In this document: positions 29,454-36,938 of the stretch, one piece after another
How positions within the stretch are numbered: the stretch's first letter is position 1
How the letters are laid out: every line of letters begins with the position of its first letter
From: Thermoanaerobaculia bacterium
Lineage (GTDB): Bacteria > Acidobacteriota > Thermoanaerobaculia > Gp7-AA8
Direction: 5' to 3'
DNA: 36,938 bases
Assembly (NCBI GenBank): GCA_017883215.1
Contig: JADGOA010000002.1
Coordinates: forward strand, 1 to 36,938
Made by a program: the position numbers and the translations under genes
The notes under the pieces: model-generated
What the model was told of the DNA's origin: nothing
Database searches by the model: none
The model's input: only the letters and a program-made list of their open reading frames with translations

Positions 29454-30143
29454 TCACTCCAGGGTAATGGCCTTGAGGTCCTCGACCACCGGAATGAAGA
29501 ATCCGCTCTTGTCGGTGAGGACGATGTTGTCCTTCTGCCAGCGGCTCATCAGACGGATCGCGGTCTCCAGCGTGGTCGCGATGAGGTCCGCGATCTCCTG
29601 ACGGGAGAGCGTGAGCGGGACGAAGATGCCGGTGCCACGCGGCACGCCGACGCGATCGCCCAGCGTCAGAAAGAGACGGGCGGCGCGGTACTCCGCTGAT
29701 CCGGTCATGTCCGCCATCCGCTTGTTGACCATCATCAGGCGATAGGTGAGCCCGGCCAGCATGCGGCGCATCATTTCCGGCCGGTGTTCGAGCAGCGAGA
29801 AGAACTCACGCTCGGGCATCGAAAGGATGCTCGACGGCTCGAGGGCCACCGCGCTGGCCGGGAAAGGCCGGCGCTCGAAGACGGCCACCGCCCCGACGGG
29901 CTCGCCAGGACCGAGGATCTCGAGAATGACGTCGCGACCGCCGGCGGACTTGACGATCTTGGCCCGCCCCAGCACGACGAAATGAATCCGGTCGGCGGGA
30001 TCGCCCTCGTGGAAGATCGTCTCGCCTTTCTCGTATCCGCGCATCCGGCAAAGCGGTGCGAGCTCCTCGCGGTCCTCTTTGCGAACGGCGGAGAGAAGCG
30101 GAATGGAGTCAAAAGGGATGGGAATGGTCGATTCGATGGACAT
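29454..30143 (-). CDS. Crp/Fnr-family transcriptional regulator (no FNR-type Cys cluster)
   Basis: cNMP-binding-like beta-barrel (GETIFHEGDPADRIHFVVLGRAKIV) and a C-terminal HTH (SRQEIADLIATTLETAIRLMSRW). The N-terminus lacks the FNR Cys cluster. The track ORF starts at TTG 30167, but ATG 30143 is preferred. Confidence 0.85.
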   Translation of the reverse strand: MSIESTIPIPFDSIPLLSAVRKEDREELAPLCRMRGYEKGETIFHEGDPADRIHFVVLGRAKIVKSAGGRDVILEILGPGEPVGAVAVFERRPFPASAVALEPSSILSMPEREFFSLLEHRPEMMRRMLAGLTYRLMMVNKRMADMTGSAEYRAARLFLTLGDRVGVPRGTGIFVPLTLSRQEIADLIATTLETAIRLMSRWQKDNIVLTDKSGFFIPVVEDLKAITLE

Positions 30144-30296
30144 CAATACATTTAACCTCGACGGCAACCAGAATCATCCCTGCCGCCGACAGCAGCAATC
30201 TTGATTGCACAGAGCGGTCCCGCCCCTTGCGCGACGAAGAACCGGGCGGCGTATGCCGGACACAGCGCGAGAAACCGACGGATATCCGCCGTGCTT

Positions 30297-30312
30297 CATG
30301 ACAAAAATCATG
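30297..30312. promoter_or_regulatory. Candidate Crp/Fnr-family operator (CATGA-N6-TCATG), site 3, upstream of ric
   Basis: Perfect palindrome CATGAcaaaaaTCATG. It is followed after 21 nt by TACATT (30334-30339). GGAGG is at 30354 and the ric ATG at 30364. Confidence 0.6.
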
Positions 30313-30363
30313 GTTGGCCTTCGTCACGCCCGGTACATTGCGTTGCAACGACGGAGGAAATCA

Positions 30364-31158
30364 ATGGAAATCAACCCAGCAACCAAATCAGTCGGTGAGC
30401 TTGCGCTCGAAGTGCCCCACGCCATCTCGGTTTTCGAGAAGTGGCAGATCGACTACTGCTGCAAGGGCGGCCGGACGGTCGCCGAGGCATGCGACGCCGC
30501 CGGAGTCAACACGGCGGAACTACTGCAGGAGATCGGCGTCGGCCGCGGAGCCGCCGAGGAAGGGCGGCAGTGGCAGCAGGAAACGCTCGCCGCGCTGCAG
30601 AAATACATCGTCGAGACCCATCACGCCTTCACGCGCGACATTCTCGAGACGCTCGTGCACCTCGCCGACAAAGTGGCGATGCGTCACGGACCTCGCCACT
30701 CCGAGGTCATGACCGTTCAGAAAATCGTGCACGAGATCTACGATGACCTCATTCCGCACATGCTCAAGGAAGAGCAGGTTCTCTTCCCGTACATCGAACA
30801 GATGGAAGCAGCCATCGGCCGGGGCCAGGAACCGCCGACGCCCTTCTTCGGCACTGTTCAGAATCCCGTGCGCATGATGATGGCCGAGCACGATGCCGTC
30901 GGCGAGCTGCTCTCGAAACTGCGCGTGGAAACGAAAGAGTACGCGCTGCCGGAAGACGCCTGCCTCAGTTTCCGCGCCCTCTACGAGCGGCTCGGCGACA
31001 TCGAGCAGGACCTGCACACGCACATCCATCTGGAGAACAACCTCCTTTTCCCGCGTGCGGCTTCGATGGAAGAGTCGGTTCGCCCGGTTCCGGCGTCGAG
31101 CAAGGGCAACGGCAATGGCCATGACCATGGAAAATGCGGCTGCGGTTGCAGTCACTGA
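30364..31158 (+). CDS. ric: Iron-sulfur cluster repair di-iron protein (RIC / YtfE / ScdA / DnrN family)
   Basis: ScdA_N motif (VFEKWQIDYCCKGGRTVAEAC) and hemerythrin-like His/Glu motifs (HHAFTRD, HMLKEEQVLFPY, MMAEHD, HIHLENNLLFP). The tail is His/Cys-rich (GNGNGHDHGKCGCGCSH). The start is set at ATG 30364 with a GGAGG RBS. Confidence 0.9.
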   Translation: MEINPATKSVGELALEVPHAISVFEKWQIDYCCKGGRTVAEACDAAGVNTAELLQEIGVGRGAAEEGRQWQQETLAALQKYIVETHHAFTRDILETLVHLADKVAMRHGPRHSEVMTVQKIVHEIYDDLIPHMLKEEQVLFPYIEQMEAAIGRGQEPPTPFFGTVQNPVRMMMAEHDAVGELLSKLRVETKEYALPEDACLSFRALYERLGDIEQDLHTHIHLENNLLFPRAASMEESVRPVPASSKGNGNGHDHGKCGCGCSH

Positions 31159-31189
31159 TCGATCCAATGCGCCTGCGGCGGGAGAGGGC

Positions 31190-31957
31190 GTGCGCCCTTC
31201 CCGCCCGGCGCTGCGACCTCTGATCGTTCCCACCGAGCATGGTGGCTGGGGATTTCTCTTCGAGCCGCTGGTGCTCGGCCTGGCCGTTGCGCCGTCGTGG
31301 GGCGGTGCCCTCATCGCCGTCGCGGCGATCTTCGCGTTCCTCAGCCGGCAGCCGCTGAAGCTCGCCATGCAGGACGCACTGCGCGGCAGGTCTTACGCAC
31401 GCACCTGGTGGTGTCGCTTGTTCGCGGTGTCGATGCTCGCTGCCGCTGCGATCGCCATCGGCGCTGCCGTGATCGTCAGCGGATGGAAGCTGGCCATTCC
31501 CTTCGCGGCGGTCGCTCCGCTGGCGCTGGTGACGGTCGTCTTCGACGCGCACAACCGCAGCCGGACACTGCTGCCGGAGATCTGCGGAATCGTGGCCATG
31601 ACCAGCACGGCCGCGGCGATTCCGATCGCAGGCGGCCGTTCGGTTCTGATGGCCTTCGCCGTCATGGCCCTCCTTCTGGCGCGCGGCATTCCGGCAATCC
31701 TCTACGTGCGAACGCTCATCAAGCGTGCGCATGGACAGACGGCGTCGGCGTTGCCGGCCATGGTTGCTCACGCCGTCGGGGCGGTCGCCGCGTACGCCAT
31801 CGGGTCATTTGTCGCCGCAGCGGCTGTCATCGCGCTCCTGGCGCGCGCGGCGTACGGGCTGGCCTCGCCTGCCCCGCCGGCGAGGACGTTGGGCTGGCGC
31901 GAGATCGCATGGGGAACCGCGAGCGTGATCGCGTTCGCGGTGGCGATGAGGATGTAG
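31190..31957 (+). CDS. YwiC-like polytopic membrane protein
   Basis: The N-terminal IVPTEHGGWGFLFEPLVLG motif and roughly 8 TM helices fit the YwiC-like family. The start is uncertain: either GTG 31190, with GGAG 5 nt upstream, or the in-frame ATGs at 31115, 31121 and 31127, which would overlap the ric 3' end. Confidence 0.65.
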   Translation: MRPSRPALRPLIVPTEHGGWGFLFEPLVLGLAVAPSWGGALIAVAAIFAFLSRQPLKLAMQDALRGRSYARTWWCRLFAVSMLAAAAIAIGAAVIVSGWKLAIPFAAVAPLALVTVVFDAHNRSRTLLPEICGIVAMTSTAAAIPIAGGRSVLMAFAVMALLLARGIPAILYVRTLIKRAHGQTASALPAMVAHAVGAVAAYAIGSFVAAAAVIALLARAAYGLASPAPPARTLGWREIAWGTASVIAFAVAMRM

Positions 31958-31967
31958 GCGAAGCCGC

Positions 31968-32084
31968 GGAGTGCGGACGTCCTCGTCCGCGATGATCGGA
32001 CGTCCTCGTCCGATCATTTTCTACTGCCGAGACACACCGCCGGACGAGACGTCCGGCGGCTGCGGACGTGGACGTCCGCACTCC
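31968..32084. repeat. Array of four CGGACG-N3/4-CGTCCG hairpins enclosed by a 15-bp inverted repeat
   Basis: Outer inverted repeat: ggagtgcggacgtcc (31968-31982) pairs with ggacgtccgcactcc (32070-32084). Inner hairpins lie at 31973-31990, 31994-32015, 32039-32057 and 32062-32079. Confidence 0.95.
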
Positions 32085-32113
32085 TGACGAGCGACAAGGC
32101 CGAGCGCCGCACC

Positions 32114-32145
32114 GCGGTCTGCGGTCCGCGGTCCGCGGTCCGTCC
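32114..32145. repeat. Tandem heptamer array (GCGGTCC)x4
   Basis: gcggtct gcggtcc gcggtcc gcggtcc gtcc. It abuts the stop codon of the peptidase gene at 32148. Confidence 0.9.
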
Positions 32146-32147
32146 CT

Positions 32148-35126
32148 CTACTCCACCCACCTCGCAATGAACAGGTTCATCTCGTGGCTGCCGATCTTGT
32201 CGCGACTGCTCGACCAGACCACGAACGTGCCGTCGGGGCTGAACACCGGGAAGCCGTCGAAGCCGGGTGAATTCGTGATCCGCTCCAGACCGGAACCGTC
32301 CTTGTTCACCATCCAGAGGTCGAAGTCGAACCCTTCCGACTTCACGTTCGAAGCGAAGATGATCCGCTTGCCGTCCGGCGTGAAATAGGGGCAGAAGTTT
32401 GCCGCGCCGTTGCTCGTGATCTGCCGCTGGTTCGTTCCGTCGGCGTTCATGACGAAGAGCTCCATGAGCAGCGGCTTGACCAGGTCCTTCGCCAACAGGC
32501 GGTTGTACTCGGCCAGAGCGTCACCGGTCGGGTGGTTTGCGCGCCAGACGATCTCCGTGCAGTCGGCGTTGTAGAACGCGCCGCCGTCGTAGCCGCGCTT
32601 GTCGGTGAGGCGCTTCACGTTGCCGGCCTCGTCCATCTCGTAGAGATCGAGGTCACCGTCGCGCATCGAGGTGAATACGGCTTTCCCTCCGCGATGGCAC
32701 CATGTCATCTCGGCGTCGTATCCGGGAGTCGTGGTGATGCGCTTCGCATTCGACCCGTCCGGATTCGCCATGTAAATGTCGTATGTCGGGGAGACGGGCC
32801 AGACGTATCCCTCCGCATGCGACGGACGTGGCGGGCAATCCGGGCTCCCCCCCTCCGTCGACGCGTAGATGATCTTGTCGCCCTGCGGCCAGCGGTAGTA
32901 GCCGCACGTCGTCCGCCCCTTGCCGCTCGAGACCATCTTCGTCTCGCCGGTGCTGAGGTCCATCGTGAACTGCTGGTCACATCCGCCGGCGCTCGGCGGT
33001 GCCTGGAAGATCAGCTTCGTGCCGTCCGGGCTCCAGTACGCCTCGGCATTCTCGCCGCCGAACGTGAGCTGGCGGATGTCCTTCAGGTGCTTCTCGCCCT
33101 CGAACAGCTTCTCGAACGGCTTGCCGGCCTTGATCACGAAGTCCTTGCCGGGCCGGTTGTCGTAGAACGAGAGCTGCTTTTTCGCTTCGCCCTGGGGCCC
33201 GGCCGCTGCCGGCGGCATCGCCGGCTGCGCGGCCGCAGGAGGCATCGCCGGCTGTGCAGCTGCGGGAGGCATCTTCGGTTCCGCCACTGCGGGTTTCGCT
33301 TCCGCCGCTGCGGCTTTCGGCTCGGCAGCCGGAGGCGGCGTCGCGCGACGCGACCCGAGCGTCGCGCGCAACGTCATTCGCTCGCCGTTGCGGATCACGA
33401 TGATGTCGACCGTGTCGCCCGGTTTGTGGTCCTGCAGCGCGTACGTCATGTCATACAGATTCTCGATGCGTGTGCCGCCGATGTCGACGATGCGGTCCTT
33501 GCCCTTGAGTCCCGCCTTGTCAGCGGGCCCGCCGCCTCGCACGTCGGAGATCAGCACGCCGCCACTGGTCTGTTCCATGGCGCTGTAGTCCGGAACGGTG
33601 CCGAGGTATGCGCCGTAGCCCCGGCTGTCGCCCTGCATGGCGGGAGCGGCGGAGACGCGCGCGTAGTGCGGTGAAGCTTCACCCTTCGCGAGCGCGTCGA
33701 CGACGCCGTCAACGAGACCGACCACTCGCGCCGCCCCCGCGAAATTGATCGCGTCGGCAACGTCCTCGGGAGCGTGATACCGGTCGTGCGCGCCGGTGAA
33801 GAAGTGCAGCACCGGCACGTGCTCGGCGTAGAAGCTCGTCTGATCGGAAGGCCCGTAGCCGTCGCCCGTTTCGGTCACCTTGAGATTCGTCGCCGGAATC
33901 AGCTTGTCGAGGAGCGGCTTCCACTCCGCCGCGGATTCGGTGCCGTAGGCGATGACGCGGTCTTCGCGGAGCGCACCGATCATGTCGAGGTTCACCATCG
34001 CCACGACGCGATCGATCTTGAACGGCGCATGCTGGACGAAGTAGCCGGAGCCGGCGAGACCTCGCTCTTCGCCGGAGAAGAGCGCGAAAACGAGCGTGCG
34101 CCGGTCGGCGACGTTCTTCAGGTCCTTCGAGAGCTGCTCGGCAGCGGCCAGGACGCCGGCGGTCCCGGAGGCGTTGTCGTCCGCTCCAGGATGGATGGCC
34201 CGGACGTTCGGCTTGGTCGATCCTTCGCCGCCGTAACCGAGGTGGTCGTAGTGCGCACCGAGAACGACGATCTCGTCGGCGAGCTTGCCGCGGCCCGGGA
34301 GGATGCCGGCGAGGTTATCCGTCTGCGCGTACTCCGGTTTCACGTCGACGACGCCGGATGCTTTGGCGTTGAGAGCCTGCGATCGCGGCCGCAGGTCGCG
34401 GTCGACCGCGGTCTGAAACTCCATCAGATCGATGCCTGCCGGGCGAAGCCACGCCTGGGCGACCGAGGTCTTCACCTGGATCACCGGAATGCCGGCCGGA
34501 CTCTCTGGTCCATCGTTCGCCAGGGGCGGGACTTTGTCCTTCCCTTCGTCCTGAACCGGCCCGGTGACGAAGACGACAGCGACGGCGCCGCGCTCGCGGG
34601 CCTGCAGGACCTTGTAGCGCATCGCCGACCAGCGGCTCGGTTTACGGCCGTCGAACGGCGAAGCTTCGTCCTTCTCCTGCGGCTCGTAGCGGAGCATCAG
34701 CGCCACTTTGCCCTTTAGGTCGACGCCTTCGAGCTCGCGGTAGCCGATCGGCGGCGCGTCGATGCCGTAGCCGACGAAGACGAGATCTCCGCTGAACGTG
34801 CCGGCGCTGGAGAACCCTAGCGGCGTCCAATCTCCGGCCGGCACACCGTCGAGGCGGTTGGCCGGTCCGGCGGTAACGCCGATCTTGACCGGGAACTGCT
34901 GCCGGAAACCGGTGGCAAATGCCGGCTTGAGATCGAGGCCGCGCAAGCGCTGCTCGATGTACGAGGCAGCGCGGCCGATGCCCTGGGTGCCGAGGCCGCG
35001 GCCTTCCATGTCTGGGGCCGCGAGTTTGCGGATGTCGCTCTCGATCCGTTTCTGGAGCTGAGCCGTATCGGCGAGGAGCGGCGCGCATACGAGCAACAGG
35101 GCCACGACCGTGCGAGTGAGTTTCAT
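32148..35126 (-). CDS. Secreted multidomain protein: PA-domain M28 aminopeptidase + PDZ + Pro/Ala linker + TolB-like (PD40) beta-propeller
   Basis: Domain order along the 992 aa:
- Signal peptide.
- M28 metal-ligand motifs (GAHYDH, GADDNASG, FSGEERGL, DMIG, HAPED), about 33672-35066.
- PDZ (GVLISDVRGGGPADKAGLKGKDRIVDIGG), about 33357-33614.
- Linker with 3 x 27-nt repeats encoding MPPAAAQPA, 33192-33272.
- PD40 repeats (YWSPDGTKLIF, ANPDGSNAKRIT, MNADGTNQRQIT, FSPDGTFVVW), 32151-33164. Confidence 0.85.
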   Translation of the reverse strand: MKLTRTVVALLLVCAPLLADTAQLQKRIESDIRKLAAPDMEGRGLGTQGIGRAASYIEQRLRGLDLKPAFATGFRQQFPVKIGVTAGPANRLDGVPAGDWTPLGFSSAGTFSGDLVFVGYGIDAPPIGYRELEGVDLKGKVALMLRYEPQEKDEASPFDGRKPSRWSAMRYKVLQARERGAVAVVFVTGPVQDEGKDKVPPLANDGPESPAGIPVIQVKTSVAQAWLRPAGIDLMEFQTAVDRDLRPRSQALNAKASGVVDVKPEYAQTDNLAGILPGRGKLADEIVVLGAHYDHLGYGGEGSTKPNVRAIHPGADDNASGTAGVLAAAEQLSKDLKNVADRRTLVFALFSGEERGLAGSGYFVQHAPFKIDRVVAMVNLDMIGALREDRVIAYGTESAAEWKPLLDKLIPATNLKVTETGDGYGPSDQTSFYAEHVPVLHFFTGAHDRYHAPEDVADAINFAGAARVVGLVDGVVDALAKGEASPHYARVSAAPAMQGDSRGYGAYLGTVPDYSAMEQTSGGVLISDVRGGGPADKAGLKGKDRIVDIGGTRIENLYDMTYALQDHKPGDTVDIIVIRNGERMTLRATLGSRRATPPPAAEPKAAAAEAKPAVAEPKMPPAAAQPAMPPAAAQPAMPPAAAGPQGEAKKQLSFYDNRPGKDFVIKAGKPFEKLFEGEKHLKDIRQLTFGGENAEAYWSPDGTKLIFQAPPSAGGCDQQFTMDLSTGETKMVSSGKGRTTCGYYRWPQGDKIIYASTEGGSPDCPPRPSHAEGYVWPVSPTYDIYMANPDGSNAKRITTTPGYDAEMTWCHRGGKAVFTSMRDGDLDLYEMDEAGNVKRLTDKRGYDGGAFYNADCTEIVWRANHPTGDALAEYNRLLAKDLVKPLLMELFVMNADGTNQRQITSNGAANFCPYFTPDGKRIIFASNVKSEGFDFDLWMVNKDGSGLERITNSPGFDGFPVFSPDGTFVVWSSSRDKIGSHEMNLFIARWVE

Positions 35127-35213
35127 GCGAAGACCTCCGGGCGAAGTTCGGCGATCCTACCAAGAGGGCGTTGCGGGTCAATGTGACGCGTCGCGCGGTC
35201 GTTGATCAAGCAA

Positions 35214-35266
35214 CCGGTGCCCCCAACCCCGGTGACCCGGTGACCAGGCGACCTGGTGACCCGGCA
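35214..35266. repeat. Tandem octamer-like array (CCNGGTGA)
   Basis: ccggtgc ccccaa ccccggtga cccggtga ccaggcga cctggtga cccggca. It lies in the divergent spacer between the peptidase and the DHS-like gene. Confidence 0.8.
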
Positions 35267-35304
35267 ATCCACTCACGAATCCACTTCGCTTATCATTCGC
35301 CGCC

Positions 35305-36279
<975 letters not shown>

Positions 36280-36286
36280 GGGCACC

Positions 36287-36419
36287 GAGTGCCTGAGTCC
36301 TGAGTGCCTGAGTCCTGAGTCCTGAGTCCTGAGTCCTGAGGATGTTACGTTGGGGTACTCACGCCGACGGCCGAGAACTCAACGCTCAGGATTCAGATCT
36401 CGGCGCGCTCAGGACTCAC
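36287..36419. repeat. GAGTCCT/GAGTGCCT tandem array with downstream inverted partners
   Basis: gagtgcct gagtcct gagtgcct (gagtcct)x4 gag occupies 36287-36340. Partial reverse-complement copies are ctcaggattcag (36385-36396) and ctcaggactcac (36408-36419). The element fills the spacer between two convergent genes. Confidence 0.9.
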
Positions 36420-36938
36420 CTACTGCGGGACGAGCGGCACGCTGGAAGTATGCGCGTCGGCTGCTCCCTTTTTTCGCACCGTGACGTTCAGCGCCGACGT
36501 GCCCGCTTCGACGGGCTGGAGTTGCATGACGATCTTCGTTCCCGTCGTGCTTTTCACCTGTTTCACGAGCGTCGATTTCGTGCTGGTCTCCAGCGCCAAA
36601 TCGTCCGGGGACGCGTTCTGCACGAACACGGCGAACGTCCGCGGCTCGCCCTTCGTCATCCGCACGGCGGCGCTCGGAATGAATGTCTCGCCGCCCACCT
36701 CGAACGGATAGGCGGAGTTGGTCCTGTCGTGAGAGCCGCCCCTCACCATCAGCCACCTGCCGGCCGGTTCGAAGAAAAACGGCTGCGAGACGGCCATGTC
36801 GCCAGGCTGCGGCACGACGATGTCGGCCGTTTGCGCACCCGCGGCTGTCAGCGGCCCGGTCAGGTCGGTTGCGTTCGGGTCGAAGCCGATGAGCTTCGTC
36901 GTGATGCCTGCGGCCTCGAGGCTCGTCTTCTCGACCTT
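36420..36938 (-). CDS. Hypothetical protein, C-terminal part (gene continues beyond the window end)
   Basis: The frame is open from the window edge: KVEKTSLEAAGITTKLIGFDPNATDLTGPLTAAGAQTADIVVPQPGDMAV... It ends ...VPLVPQ* at 36420. The GTG at 36815 listed in the track is probably internal. No family recognised. Confidence 0.5.
   Translation of the reverse strand, partial: KVEKTSLEAAGITTKLIGFDPNATDLTGPLTAAGAQTADIVVPQPGDMAVSQPFFFEPAGRWLMVRGGSHDRTNSAYPFEVGGETFIPSAAVRMTKGEPRTFAVFVQNASPDDLALETSTKSTLVKQVKSTTGTKIVMQLQPVEAGTSALNVTVRKKGAADAHTSSVPLVPQ

Noticed and set aside
29316-32084. The inverted-repeat-bounded block as a composite transposon or MITE-flanked mobile element.
   Set aside because: No transposase, integrase or target-site duplication is recognisable. 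The two flanking elements share a core motif but are not copies of one another. Both sit at convergent gene ends, where terminator-like structures are expected anyway.
36287-36340. Tandem short repeats as CRISPR arrays; this also applies to 15889-15918, 23007-23036 and 32114-32145.
   Set aside because: The units are 7-8 nt and directly abutting, with no spacers. The arrays are only 25-55 nt long, and no cas genes are present.

Overview
High-GC bacterial chromosomal segment; the gene content suggests an Acidobacteriota-like soil bacterium, but that is inference only. No rRNA, tRNA, CRISPR array, transposase or phage gene was recognised.

**Layout**
- **1-13724 (minus):** one long respiratory gene string. 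An 11-gene complex I operon, nuoA-B-C-D-H-I-J-K-L-M-N, has no nuoE/F/G. It runs by a 14-nt overlap straight into the start of an ATP synthase Fo cluster (AtpZ-like, atpI, atpB, atpE).
- **13823-14962 (minus):** an NDUFAF7/MidA-type methyltransferase sits just upstream of nuoA.
- **15125-26573:** two tandem OmpA-like genes, a divergent membrane pyrophosphatase, a Ser/Thr kinase translationally coupled to a secreted TPR-like protein, yjbQ, a MerA/Lpd-like flavoprotein, sodC, a lipoprotein and a Fis-type regulator.
- **26601-31957:** a nitrogen-oxide island. It holds a decayed membrane protein plus NarB/NasA-type nitrate reductase relic, an intact narK, a Crp/Fnr-family regulator, a RIC/YtfE di-iron protein and a YwiC-like membrane protein.
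- **32148-36938:** a 992-aa M28 peptidase-PDZ-beta-propeller fusion, a deoxyhypusine-synthase-like gene and a truncated ORF.

**Most interesting signals**
1. NuoB carries two, and NuoC one, C-terminal RnfB/CFeSP-type CX2CX3-4CX17C [4Fe-4S] modules on long Pro/Ala linkers. This may be a built-in electron-input arm replacing NuoEFG.
2. Three promoters in the nitrate island share an identical architecture: ATGA-N6-TCAT, then 21 nt, then TAnnnT.
3. Almost every intergenic spacer holds a hairpin whose arms are tandem 7-8-nt units. A few unit families recur at distant loci.
4. The nuo and atp genes appear translationally coupled.
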